Positions 27,542 through 36,822 of a DNA stretch of 56,994 bases are shown here, piece by piece. The number at the start of each line of letters is the position of its first letter. Position 1 is the first letter of the stretch. This DNA is from a virus (Duplodnaviria; Caudoviricetes): positions 1 through 56,994 of the IMG/VR virus record IMGVR_UViG_3300037310_000048; one strand, written 5' to 3'. The position numbers and the translations under genes were made by a program. Below the pieces are notes generated by a model. The model saw nothing but the letters and a program-made list of their open reading frames with translations, was not told the origin of the DNA and did not search any database.

Positions 27542-28437
27542 GTGATCACCCACGAGCGCACGGAGCCCGTGCCTGTTGCGGCCGACCCGGCAACGCCAGT
27601 GCCGCCACCGCTCGCCCCTGGCGTTCCGTTGCTCACGTCGGTTGAGCCCGAGCCGGAGAGCGAGCGATAGCCGAGAATGATCCCGCCACCGCCGCCGGCT
27701 CCACCGCCGCCGCTGTTGAGGGCCTGTCCCGGCTCTCCGTTGCCACCCTTGGCGGAGATCGTCCCGTTGTTGACGATGGTCTTGGCGAGGATCATCACGA
27801 CGCCACCGCCGCCACCGCCGCCGCCACCGATGACGCCACCACCTCCACCCCCACCCGTGCCCCCCGAAACCATCACGGTCGCTTCAACGACGTGTCCCGC
27901 CATCGGCGTTGCAAGCCCGAGAAGCCCGCTGCCGTTGCTGCCGCCCGTGCCGCCCGCTCCGCCGGTCCCTGCCCCGCCATTCCCGCCTCGAGCACCGAGC
28001 GAGCCTGCGTCACTCGTTGTGCTTCTGGTGGCCGATCCCGCTCCGGCACCGGCCACGCCACCGTTGCCTCCGCCGCTTCCACCTTGGAGGTTGTTGGTGT
28101 TCGTCCCGTTCCCGCCGGCCCCGGCACTCGCGTTACTGCCGTCGCATCGAATGGCGCCGCCGACGTCAATCGTCAGCGTCCCCTTCACGTAGATGCGGAA
28201 CCCGTTGGTGTTGAGCGTCCCCGTCGCGTCGACCGTGAGGTCATCGTAGAACATGTCCCGGGTGAGGTTGACGGTCCCGAGGATGGCCTGGTTCCCATCG
28301 GACCCGTCCCCGAACCACCCTGTCCCGACCGTGGCGAACCCCGTCGGCTTATTCGCCGCCGCCCAGGTAGAGCCCGACCAGCGCACGGCCTGTTCAGCCG
28401 CGGCTCCGTCCTGTGCGAGCTGCTTTAGCGCGACCAT
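27538..28437 (-). CDS. Glycine-rich virion protein, paralog 1
   Basis: KQLAQDGA, WFGDGSDGN, LTRDMFYDDLTV. Confidence 0.75.
   Translation of the reverse strand: MVALKQLAQDGAAAEQAVRWSGSTWAAANKPTGFATVGTGWFGDGSDGNQAILGTVNLTRDMFYDDLTVDATGTLNTNGFRIYVKGTLTIDVGGAIRCDGSNASAGAGGNGTNTNNLQGGSGGGNGGVAGAGAGSATRSTTSDAGSLGARGGNGGAGTGGAGGTGGSNGSGLLGLATPMAGHVVEATVMVSGGTGGGGGGGVIGGGGGGGGGVVMILAKTIVNNGTISAKGGNGEPGQALNSGGGGAGGGGGIILGYRSLSGSGSTDVSNGTPGASGGGTGVAGSAATGTGSVRSWVIT
27764..27828. repeat. 65-bp perfect direct repeat, copy 2
   Basis: Identical to 25947-26011. Confidence 0.9.
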
Positions 28438-28449
28438 CGGGCTCCTCGA

Positions 28450-29658
28450 TCAGACCTCGTAGACGAGATCGATCCGGTCGGTGGCGGCAAGCTGGTAGCC
28501 GGAAACGCTCCCATTCCAGTGCAGCGTGTCGCCCGCGACGATGGCTGAGATCGCCCGTGCCGTGACACCCCCGTCGCCGGAGAAGTAGCAATCGACGGAC
28601 ACCTTGGTTCCATCGCCGACGTGGACCGAGACGCCGTTCACGAGCACCGCGACATGCCCATCGAGTGCAGGCGTCGAGGCCACCGTGGTCGCGGTCGCCT
28701 GATCGTTGTCTGTCGTGGTCGTGCTCGCCGTCATGTTCTTGTTGGACGACGTGGGGGCCGGTGAGTCGTGGACGTGATCCGCGCGCGCGAGGCTCGAGGA
28801 CGAGCCCTGCGCGTTCGCCGTCCCGACCGCGACAGGTGTTGCCGTCGCCGCCTGGATCTGCGCGTCAGAGCGGAGCAGAGTCGACGCCGCGCCCTGTGCC
28901 GCAGCGGTCGCCTCGGACTTGATCGTGGTCGACGGAGCGGCCGTGGCCGCCTGAATCTGCGCATCGCTGCGCAGCGCCGTTGCCGCCACGCCCTCGGCCG
29001 CCGCTGTCGCCTCCGACTTCACCGTTGTCGTCGGCGCCGCGAACGAGGTCGTCGCCGGGCTCGAGAACTGCGAGAACGTGAGCAAGGTCGTGTCGACCGT
29101 GATCGGATCGGCCGTCGTGAGCACCCACCCGGTTTGCGCCAGGGTGGAGCCCGCGAGAACGATGCAGAACATTCCGGCCGTGACCTCGCCGTCGGGCGAG
29201 TCGTCCGCGTCAGTTGCGCGCGTGAGCACGTAGGGGTTGGAGCCGTCACCCGTCGCCGTGACGACGTAGATCCCGTTGTCGCTGGCCGGCGTCTCGTTCT
29301 TCACGAGAACGCGATCGCCGACCGCGACCGCTACCCCGTCGACGGAGAGCGCACCGTTCGCGTCGCCCGTCAGGGTCTTGCCCGCGCCGGAGCCCGCCGC
29401 GGTGTTCGCAGGGAGCGCCGCCGCCGTGGCGAGGCGGACAGACGCCTTCACGTCGAGGCCAGCGGCCACGGCGTCGACGTAGCCCTTGGTCGAGGCGTCC
29501 GCCGCCGCAGTCGGCGTCCCGAGAGAGGTCAGCTTGAAGCCGCCCATGCTCTGATCGGCCGTGAACGCGCGCGAACCGTCCGCCGCGATGATCTCGGTCG
29601 TCGTCTTGGCCTTGGTGACGGTGTTGTCGCGAAGCTGCTTGCCGCTGATCTGTGCCAC
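28450..29658 (-). CDS. Tail/head fibre-like structural protein
   Basis: DASTKGYVD, GLDVKASVRLAT, DRVLVKNE...NGIYV...LTRATDAD; internal 33-aa repeats. Confidence 0.75.
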   Translation of the reverse strand: MAQISGKQLRDNTVTKAKTTTEIIAADGSRAFTADQSMGGFKLTSLGTPTAAADASTKGYVDAVAAGLDVKASVRLATAAALPANTAAGSGAGKTLTGDANGALSVDGVAVAVGDRVLVKNETPASDNGIYVVTATGDGSNPYVLTRATDADDSPDGEVTAGMFCIVLAGSTLAQTGWVLTTADPITVDTTLLTFSQFSSPATTSFAAPTTTVKSEATAAAEGVAATALRSDAQIQAATAAPSTTIKSEATAAAQGAASTLLRSDAQIQAATATPVAVGTANAQGSSSSLARADHVHDSPAPTSSNKNMTASTTTTDNDQATATTVASTPALDGHVAVLVNGVSVHVGDGTKVSVDCYFSGDGGVTARAISAIVAGDTLHWNGSVSGYQLAATDRIDLVYEV

Positions 29659-29678
29659 GGTGCTCTCCTATGGGTGCG

Positions 29679-30107
29679 TCAGGATTCGTAGACCGCGATC
29701 AGCTCGTCCCCGGCCTCAAGGTCAACGGCTGTGCCGCTCCCCGCGAGCCAGGTGATCGTGGTCCCTGAAATGGAGTAGTCCGCCCCCGCTCCCTGGCGCT
29801 GAAGCACGCCGTTCAGGAACAGCTCGAGCGCGGCGTTGGTCGTGGGCGAGAAGTTGAGCGTGTCGGCTAAGGCCGTGTCGACGCCGGAGACGTTCTGTGC
29901 CGCGATCGTCTCCTGCCGGGCGGTGCCGCCGCCACCGCCTCCACCTGCGAGCAGGTCGTGAACCGTGCCGCCGTCGTCTCGGTAGTAGAGCTTCCCGTCG
30001 TCCCTGGCGTAGATGAACCCGATCTGATCGTTCACGTCCGGGTCTGCCGGAAGCTCCTCGAGCCCCAGATAGCCGTTGACGATCTTCGACCCGATCCGCT
30101 CCGTCAT
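29679..30107 (-). CDS. Structural protein (C-terminal domain paralogous to 34859..35299)
   Basis: LFLNGVLQRQGAGADYSISGTTITW. Confidence 0.7.
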   Translation of the reverse strand: MTERIGSKIVNGYLGLEELPADPDVNDQIGFIYARDDGKLYYRDDGGTVHDLLAGGGGGGGTARQETIAAQNVSGVDTALADTLNFSPTTNAALELFLNGVLQRQGAGADYSISGTTITWLAGSGTAVDLEAGDELIAVYES

Positions 30108-30140
30108 GCCCCGTACCAAAGCACGGAGGGATTCTGGCGT

Positions 30141-33100
30141 CTACTCGTTCAGCAGATGAACGCCGTGCAAGTAGCTGTAGTCGTTGTTGCCGGGATCGAG
30201 TGCGTTCCCATCCGCCACCGTGAGCGTCTTAGGTGCCGCCGATCCGAAGTTGCGGAGGTCCACGCTCACCCTGTCCCCCACCACGAGGCGCGTCTCCACC
30301 GCCGCCCTGAATCCGCAGATGGCGCCGGCCTGCACGAAGTCTAGCGGCCTGAACCTGAACGAGTCTATGATCGTCCCGCCCGTCCGCTGCCCCGTCGCCA
30401 GGCTGTAGGTCGCGTTCTTCACGAACTCGATCGCCGCGAAGTCGGTCGCTGCGAATCCGATCTGCGTGAACCACACCTTAGTAGCGAACCGCCAGATCCC
30501 GGGATCGGCGATTTGCGCGTACCCACCGTTGACGGTCGGGACCACCTGCAACGGGAAGATGCGCCCCACGTCGTAGGGATCGGGCGTGGCGAGCACGACG
30601 CGCCCCGCCAGGTCGATGAATGGAACATTCGACGCGATGGCACCGCCCCCGGGGATAGGGAGCCTGAACAACGGCCAGGCCGGACGAGTACCGAGATCGA
30701 CGACGCCGGTCTTTCCCTTGCGGGACGCACGGAAGAACCCCACGTCGTCCACGACGATCGGATTGAAGCCGCCGCCGACCTGCCGGCCGCGCACCACGAG
30801 CCGGGCGAACCTGCCCGTCCCAGCGGCGGGAGGGACACACCCCTCCGCCCTAGAACGGAACCACGTCCCAACCGCAGCGGAGACGACCGGAAAGTTGTCC
30901 GAGTTGATCCCGCCGTTCACGGGGCCACCCGGGTAGAGTACTTGCGTGGAGATCAGCGCTTTGTTCACGTCGAACCACTCGATGTCGACCTGAACGAGAT
31001 CGTCGCCCGCCGTCCGCTGCCATGAGACTTCAATGCTGTAGGGCGTGTCCACCGCTCCCGTGATCGGGATGAAGTCAGAGCGAAGTTGTGCCGTCGTCGA
31101 CAGGAACCGGATCGCCTTCCCGCCGGACAGGTTGGTCGCCACGTCGACGTTAGCGTCCGTCGTCCACACGCCCGCGCCCATGCTCCACCCGTCAGGCGGG
31201 TTCCGCAGGCCGGCCGAGAACGAGGCGAAGTCGCTGTTGCGCACCTGCACGAACTTGCCGCCCGTCAGGTACGACGAGCGATCGAGGATGTTCCGGTACA
31301 CCTGAAGGAGCGAGCCCGTTACCTCGTCGGTGAGGGCCGCCGTCGGGTCGAGCACGCCAGGGTTCCCGTTCCCGGGCCGGGCCTCGAGACGGAGCCACCG
31401 CTTGAAGCCGACGGACGGCTTCCCGCGGAGCTGCACCGAGGTCGTCGCCTGCTCCCCCCATGAGTGCGTCACCTGTCGCACGGCAAGCGTCTGCGCCGCC
31501 GTGAACAGGTCGCGGATCGGGCGGAAGCGCAGCATGTCGTTCAGCTCGGTTTCCCAGGCGAGCGGGAGCGAGATCGACTTCTGGATCCCGGGGTCCTCGA
31601 GATCGCGGAGCGAGCCGAACGCCATGTCGAACGCCTCGCCCACCGTGTCGACCTGTGTGGCGGCCTGCTCCGTCACCTCCATGAACTGTCGCTTGCCCGT
31701 CACCGCAAGCGCGGTGTCGCTCTGCACCTCGACGTAGGCGACCATCCGATTCCCGTCGCCGTCGATCGAGTACCACCCGGACGACACCGTGTAGCCGGCG
31801 CCCGGAGAGGGAGGGACAGGGAGCGTCGTCTCGGACGACGGGTAGATCACCCGTACGTTGGTGCGTCGGCCGAACGTGGACCTCTTGAGGTTCCGCACGT
31901 CGAGAATGTCGTCAGGGTCGATCACCGCGTCGGCGTGGATGCGCGCGCGGTCCGGCTCGTAGAGCGTCAGCCTCCACGCCCGTTGCGCTGGATCGGGGTC
32001 GTAGCGGTAGCGGCACTCCCAACCGATCTGTGCGGCCAGGGAGCGCAGCGCGGAGAGCACCGGCTCTCGCCGTTGCCTCCACCCGAGTACCGCCCACCCC
32101 GGAGACGTAGGCGTGAACAGCACGATCGGGACGTAGGAACCCGTGCGAAGCGTGAGCCCGACGACGGAGTTGTTCCCGGCGTCGTTGTCGTTGTCGTTGA
32201 GGAGAAACTGCATTTCCCCTTCGACGGCGAACGGCGTCACCGGGTCGGAGTAGGCGACCTCCTGCTCGATGTAGGTGTCGATCAGGCGCCCACCGAGATC
32301 GCGCGCGTCGACAACGATCGCCTCTCCGCCATCGTCGATCTCGTCGATCTCACCCGAGAACACCGAACCGAGCGCCAGCTCGTCAGGGGTTGCGCTGACC
32401 CCGAGCGGGACACGGGCGCTGAACACCTCGAGCGGTGCCGTCTCCCGCAAGAGGGAGAGGATGAAGCTCGAGGGCACTTCGACGTTGGCGAGGTTGAGCT
32501 TCGACTGTGTGACGAGGCCGGCGAGGGAGAGGGCCTCCTGTTCACGAAGCAGCGTCACCTTGGCGTTCATCGTCGCCTGATCGATCTCGTCCGAGACGTC
32601 CACCGCGTCCACGAAGTCCACGCCGTCCAGATCGGTCAGGTTGCGCGTGGCGCCGTTCACATCCGTCGTCACCACCGCCAGGTCATGCCGCGTGAAGAAC
32701 GCGGACCTCCTGAACCGCCGTGCGTCCTCCTCGATCTCGAATGCGGAGAGCGCCTCCGCGTAGACGTTCACGCCCGCGAGATCGATTGGTCCTTGTGCGT
32801 TCGTCGCCGCCCCACCGGCCGCCAGCTCGGCCCCCATCCTCCACACGCCCGTCTCTCCGTTGCTCGCGTTCACGAGCCCCGGGAGGGTCGATACCAGGGC
32901 ACCGTTCACGAACAGGTCGGCCGTGACGGAGCCGCCAGGGCCGGGGCCGGTGACGTCCCTGAATCTGACGTGCGCGAGCGTCCACACGAACGGCTCGAGG
33001 GTGAACCCCGGGAAGTCGTTGGAGCCGACGTTCACGCCGACCGAGTGTTCCCAAAACACGCGGAGCAGGCCGGCAGAGGAGAGCCGTAACGCGCGCACGA

Positions 33101-33485
33101 AGTTGGTCGCCGCCGAGGCATCATTCTGCGGGCCGGAGTAGGACCAGATCGCCGTGCTGACGCCGGGGAGCGTCCGGCTGTTCCGCCGGATGATGCACGC
33201 CACCGTGCATTCCTCGAGCAGCGTGTTGCGAAGCTCCTCGTCTGACGCTGCCTCCACCAGTGAATCCAGGCGCGCGGACGTGAACCGGCGCGCGCGTGGA
33301 GTCGCGGCCTGAATCACGACAGGGGCACCGTCCGCCAGCGCCGGAACGGACATCGCTCCGCGAACCGTGTCGAAGGCTGTCCCGGCCGTCGGACCCGAGA
33401 GACTTGCCTCGTCGAGCGCGTAGGAGCGCACCGAGGACGGGCGAAGCCTCGGATAGCAAGCACGGCCGGAGTCGGGGAGCCTCAC
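30141..33485 (-). CDS. Large minor tail protein (LamG-like N-term, tail tip/hub region, carbohydrate-binding-like C-term)
   Basis: 1114 aa downstream of tape measure/Dit-like genes; WTLAHV...LFVNG LamG-like; VRNSDF...PPDGW CBM-like. Confidence 0.7.
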   Translation of the reverse strand: MRLPDSGRACYPRLRPSSVRSYALDEASLSGPTAGTAFDTVRGAMSVPALADGAPVVIQAATPRARRFTSARLDSLVEAASDEELRNTLLEECTVACIIRRNSRTLPGVSTAIWSYSGPQNDASAATNFVRALRLSSAGLLRVFWEHSVGVNVGSNDFPGFTLEPFVWTLAHVRFRDVTGPGPGGSVTADLFVNGALVSTLPGLVNASNGETGVWRMGAELAAGGAATNAQGPIDLAGVNVYAEALSAFEIEEDARRFRRSAFFTRHDLAVVTTDVNGATRNLTDLDGVDFVDAVDVSDEIDQATMNAKVTLLREQEALSLAGLVTQSKLNLANVEVPSSFILSLLRETAPLEVFSARVPLGVSATPDELALGSVFSGEIDEIDDGGEAIVVDARDLGGRLIDTYIEQEVAYSDPVTPFAVEGEMQFLLNDNDNDAGNNSVVGLTLRTGSYVPIVLFTPTSPGWAVLGWRQRREPVLSALRSLAAQIGWECRYRYDPDPAQRAWRLTLYEPDRARIHADAVIDPDDILDVRNLKRSTFGRRTNVRVIYPSSETTLPVPPSPGAGYTVSSGWYSIDGDGNRMVAYVEVQSDTALAVTGKRQFMEVTEQAATQVDTVGEAFDMAFGSLRDLEDPGIQKSISLPLAWETELNDMLRFRPIRDLFTAAQTLAVRQVTHSWGEQATTSVQLRGKPSVGFKRWLRLEARPGNGNPGVLDPTAALTDEVTGSLLQVYRNILDRSSYLTGGKFVQVRNSDFASFSAGLRNPPDGWSMGAGVWTTDANVDVATNLSGGKAIRFLSTTAQLRSDFIPITGAVDTPYSIEVSWQRTAGDDLVQVDIEWFDVNKALISTQVLYPGGPVNGGINSDNFPVVSAAVGTWFRSRAEGCVPPAAGTGRFARLVVRGRQVGGGFNPIVVDDVGFFRASRKGKTGVVDLGTRPAWPLFRLPIPGGGAIASNVPFIDLAGRVVLATPDPYDVGRIFPLQVVPTVNGGYAQIADPGIWRFATKVWFTQIGFAATDFAAIEFVKNATYSLATGQRTGGTIIDSFRFRPLDFVQAGAICGFRAAVETRLVVGDRVSVDLRNFGSAAPKTLTVADGNALDPGNNDYSYLHGVHLLNE

Positions 33486-33495
33486 GAGGGAGCCT

Positions 33496-34062
33496 TCACG
33501 CCGGAGTGATCGCCAGGATCGAGCCGGTCGCCAGGAGCCCGACGCCGCCGTGCACCGAGGTCGCGCGCAACTCGTTCGACACGCCCGGAGCGGCTCCGTC
33601 CGCCAGCGTGACGCGCACGACCGCGCCCCGCGTCACGGGATCGAGCGTCGCCGAGTAGGCGATCCCCGTCGTCAGGTTCTCGAGGATGACGCGCGAGAAG
33701 TCCGGCCCGTCCGTCACCAGCACGGACACGTCGACCTGTTGCCCGGGAATAGCCGCATCCGTGTCCACATCCACGGACGCGGGCAACCCGACGAACGTCA
33801 GGGTCGGCACCGGGACAGCCGGGGGAGGAACGGGCGGAATCGCGCGCGGTGCCAGCGTCGCCTTCTTGGCCTTGAGGCGCACCCTCACCTCCTCGGAAGC
33901 GACTTTATTCTCGTAGGCAGCCCCCACGACGGCAACGATCCCGTCAATGAAGGCTTCCTCGATCGAGGCGACATCCACCGGAACGCCGACGACGTTCATC
34001 GTCGTGAGGTAGGGGAGCAGCACATCATCGGAGCATTCGATCTCGAGAACCTTCTTCGCCAT
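33496..34062 (-). CDS. Hypothetical tail-region protein (Pro linker, Ig-like C-term)
   Basis: GAGG RBS; PPVPPPAVPVP linker. Confidence 0.6.
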   Translation of the reverse strand: MAKKVLEIECSDDVLLPYLTTMNVVGVPVDVASIEEAFIDGIVAVVGAAYENKVASEEVRVRLKAKKATLAPRAIPPVPPPAVPVPTLTFVGLPASVDVDTDAAIPGQQVDVSVLVTDGPDFSRVILENLTTGIAYSATLDPVTRGAVVRVTLADGAAPGVSNELRATSVHGGVGLLATGSILAITPA

Positions 34063-34065
34063 CGC

Positions 34066-34851
34066 TCACCTCACCACGCCGCGCCGGCCAGCGTTCCAGA
34101 TCGCGTTCACCTGCCGAGCCGAGAGCACGCCTGCGTAGAGTGCCACGGTTGCGATCTCGCCAGTCCACGGATTCACGATCCCGTTGGACACCCCGATCGC
34201 CGACTCTGCCGCGTGTGCCTCCGCAGTAAACTCCGACGATGCGAACGCCGCTGCCGCCGTCTGGTAGAACCCGACAGGAACAGCCGCAAGCCCGGCATCG
34301 TCGAGGAACACACCGAGCCGGTCGCCCACCACGTCCGCGAACCCTCCGATCAGGTGCATCCGCCCGAAGTCGGTCAGAGCTGCGCCGGCCGCGAGCGTCT
34401 GAAGCGCGTCTGTCGACGCCCCTCGAGCGCGGACCTGCACATTCACGCCGGCAGCCAACGAGAGGTCGAGCTTCCTGTTGCCGGCCGCGTGGGCAAGCGT
34501 GAGCACCCCGCGCTCCACGCCGGAGTTGTTCCGGCGCACCCATGCGAGCACCGTCACGGAACCGAGCCCGGCCAGGACAGCCGCGTGCTGCGCGGAGAGA
34601 GCTACGCGATCGGTGACGCTGGCATTGATCAGGCGAGAGCGACCGGACAGGTACGGGCCGACCCTGAACGAGCCGGCCGCCACCAGCGCCCCATTAGGTA
34701 CGCCACCCTCGGCAGGACGAACCGAAAGCCCGTCCACGAACACCTCGTCGAGCGCGAACGCCCACAGCGGACGCGGGAGCCTCTCCGTCTCCTCTTGGCG
34801 CACCTGCATCGCCTTGAATGCGACGTGACGCGAGTTGTTCACCCACACCAT
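34066..34851 (-). CDS. LamG/concanavalin A-like tail protein
   Basis: SVTVLAWVRR...WTGEIATVALYAGVLSARQVNAIWNAG. Confidence 0.7.
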   Translation of the reverse strand: MVWVNNSRHVAFKAMQVRQEETERLPRPLWAFALDEVFVDGLSVRPAEGGVPNGALVAAGSFRVGPYLSGRSRLINASVTDRVALSAQHAAVLAGLGSVTVLAWVRRNNSGVERGVLTLAHAAGNRKLDLSLAAGVNVQVRARGASTDALQTLAAGAALTDFGRMHLIGGFADVVGDRLGVFLDDAGLAAVPVGFYQTAAAAFASSEFTAEAHAAESAIGVSNGIVNPWTGEIATVALYAGVLSARQVNAIWNAGRRGVVR

Positions 34852-34858
34852 GCGAGCC

Positions 34859-35299
34859 TCACGAGAGATAGAAGGCCACGAGGACGTCCGCGGTCGTCAT
34901 GTCGACCGCGGTTCCCGTCGCTGCAAGCCAGGTGATCGTCTGCCCGGCGATCGTGTAGTCGAAGCCAACCCCCTGTCGCTGCACCACACCGTTCAGGATC
35001 AGGAGCACGCCGGCCGCGGAGACGGGCGCGAAGTTGAGCAGGTCCGCCAGAGCCACGTCTGCCCCGGTAATGTTCTGCGTGGCGACCGCCTCTTGCCGCG
35101 GCGTCGAGCCGGCGAGCGCGGCGAGCCGAGCCGCCACGTCCGCGTAGGCACCCTGCGGATTCACGCCGAGCGTGGCCTCCACCGCCTCCACCGCATCGTT
35201 CACGTTCGCGTGCTGCGCAGCGTGCGAAGGCGACGTCATCGGGGATGACGGAGACGGGTTAGCGAAGGAATCGAGCGCGCCAGGGTACACGGTTGCCAC
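34859..35299 (-). CDS. Structural protein
   Basis: YPGALDSF...HANVNDAVEAVEATLG; shares C-terminal domain with 29679..30107. Confidence 0.7.
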   Translation of the reverse strand: MATVYPGALDSFANPSPSSPMTSPSHAAQHANVNDAVEAVEATLGVNPQGAYADVAARLAALAGSTPRQEAVATQNITGADVALADLLNFAPVSAAGVLLILNGVVQRQGVGFDYTIAGQTITWLAATGTAVDMTTADVLVAFYLS

Positions 35300-35310
35300 G
35301 CTTCACCTCG

Positions 35311-36822
35311 TCAGCAGTTGTAGGGGGTGGACGAGTCGTAGAAGTCGGAGGAGTCGTACACGCAAGCGGCCACGCCAGCCTTCTGCCCGTGCTGCACGTA
35401 GGGCTGATCGGTCACTTCCGCGACCACCGCCCGAGGCCGGTAGCCGACGGCTGCACCGTCGAGCACCACGCGAGGCAGCGCAGAGAACGGCCTCGGCTCT
35501 TGCCCGGGGACACCCTCGAGCCCCGCCCGGTGGGCGTCGATCGCCTCGTCGTCCGTGAGCGCAAGCCGGTAGAACCGGATCCCCGAGAGCCTCGCGTTCG
35601 CCGGGACAGCAAGCGTGCTGTCGTTCCCGAGGTAGGTCGCCGCACCGCCGTCGTTCAGAGGAGCAGAGCCGGGCTGATCGGTGAACGAGCCCGCCACTCG
35701 AGGGACCGAGCGACCGTTCACGCGCAGCGCCACACGTCCGGAGCTGCGAACCCAGGTGAACAGGACGTGGTTCCATGTGCCAGGGACGAGACTGTTCTCC
35801 CTATCGAGAGGAGCCGTTGCGTGCTCTGCCGTCCCCGTCGCCGTGTGCACGCGCGCCCGCACCCCGACACGTCCCGCCGGAGTCGACGCCAACAGGTCGA
35901 GGCGCCACCCGGCACCCCCGGCGATGTGAGCTGCGACCGTCCCGGCCGGAGTCGCCGCGAGCGGGTAGACCCACGCTTCGAACGTAATCTCGGTCTTGCC
36001 GAACACGTCCGTCTCCGCGGCGGAGAACAGCGAGACGGCCTCTCCTGCGGCGTCCGCGATGATGCAGCCGCCGACCCTGCCACCAGTGCGAACGACAGAC
36101 ACGCCGCCCAGGAGCGTCGGGGGAAGCAGGATCAACCCGATCGTGTCCCGCGGCGTTCCGTCGAGGACGGGAACGTGGAGCGAAATGTGCTTCTCGGTTG
36201 TCCAGCGGTAGAAGTCCTCAACGAATGAGTCGGGAGCGTGCCAGGGCAACAGAACGAGATCGTCGTAGTCCCCTGCGGTCAGGGCCACAGCTCCGAGATC
36301 CTCGTCGACCACAAGCTCCGTCGTCACGAGCGCATCGTTACGGACGCCGTTGAGCCACTTCGCGCCGTCGGCTCGGACCGCGACGTGCTCCGCTGTCGAT
36401 GTGCTGTTCACGTTGCGCCAGTAGAGGATCGTCCACAGCCCCCGCGGAAGCTGCGCATCCCATACGATCGAGGTCGTCACCGTCAGGAAGCCGGCCCCGA
36501 GAATACCGTTCGCCCCGAGAGTGCGGTAGGTGATGCTCCACGCACCCGCCGCCGGGGTGTCAGGGCCAAGGCCGCTCTCCGAATGGGCGTCAATGTTGAA
36601 CGGGAAGTGGTGCCCGCGTCCCTCGAGCAGCGCCACCAGAGCGTTCGCGTCCTGCTCGAGCATGAAGATCGCGTTGAAGCTCGGATCTCGCACGACCGCG
36701 CGCCGATGTCTGAGCGGTCGCCCGTCCCTCGAGCGCGGGACCTCGCCCCATGTGACAAGCTCCTCCGAAGCGCCGCGATCGCGCACCGGGATCCGCCATC
36801 CGTTGACGCGAAGGAACGTCAT
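35311..36822 (-). CDS. Distal-tail-like protein with LamG insertion, paralog 2
   Basis: MTFLRVNGWRIPV; ITFEAWVYP...WNHVLFTW...IRFYRLALT. Confidence 0.65.
   Translation of the reverse strand: MTFLRVNGWRIPVRDRGASEELVTWGEVPRSRDGRPLRHRRAVVRDPSFNAIFMLEQDANALVALLEGRGHHFPFNIDAHSESGLGPDTPAAGAWSITYRTLGANGILGAGFLTVTTSIVWDAQLPRGLWTILYWRNVNSTSTAEHVAVRADGAKWLNGVRNDALVTTELVVDEDLGAVALTAGDYDDLVLLPWHAPDSFVEDFYRWTTEKHISLHVPVLDGTPRDTIGLILLPPTLLGGVSVVRTGGRVGGCIIADAAGEAVSLFSAAETDVFGKTEITFEAWVYPLAATPAGTVAAHIAGGAGWRLDLLASTPAGRVGVRARVHTATGTAEHATAPLDRENSLVPGTWNHVLFTWVRSSGRVALRVNGRSVPRVAGSFTDQPGSAPLNDGGAATYLGNDSTLAVPANARLSGIRFYRLALTDDEAIDAHRAGLEGVPGQEPRPFSALPRVVLDGAAVGYRPRAVVAEVTDQPYVQHGQKAGVAACVYDSSDFYDSSTPYNC

Noticed and set aside
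25724-28437. Diversity-generating retroelement (template/variable repeats)
   Set aside because: No reverse transcriptase; the repeat pair is identical with no adenine-specific mismatches
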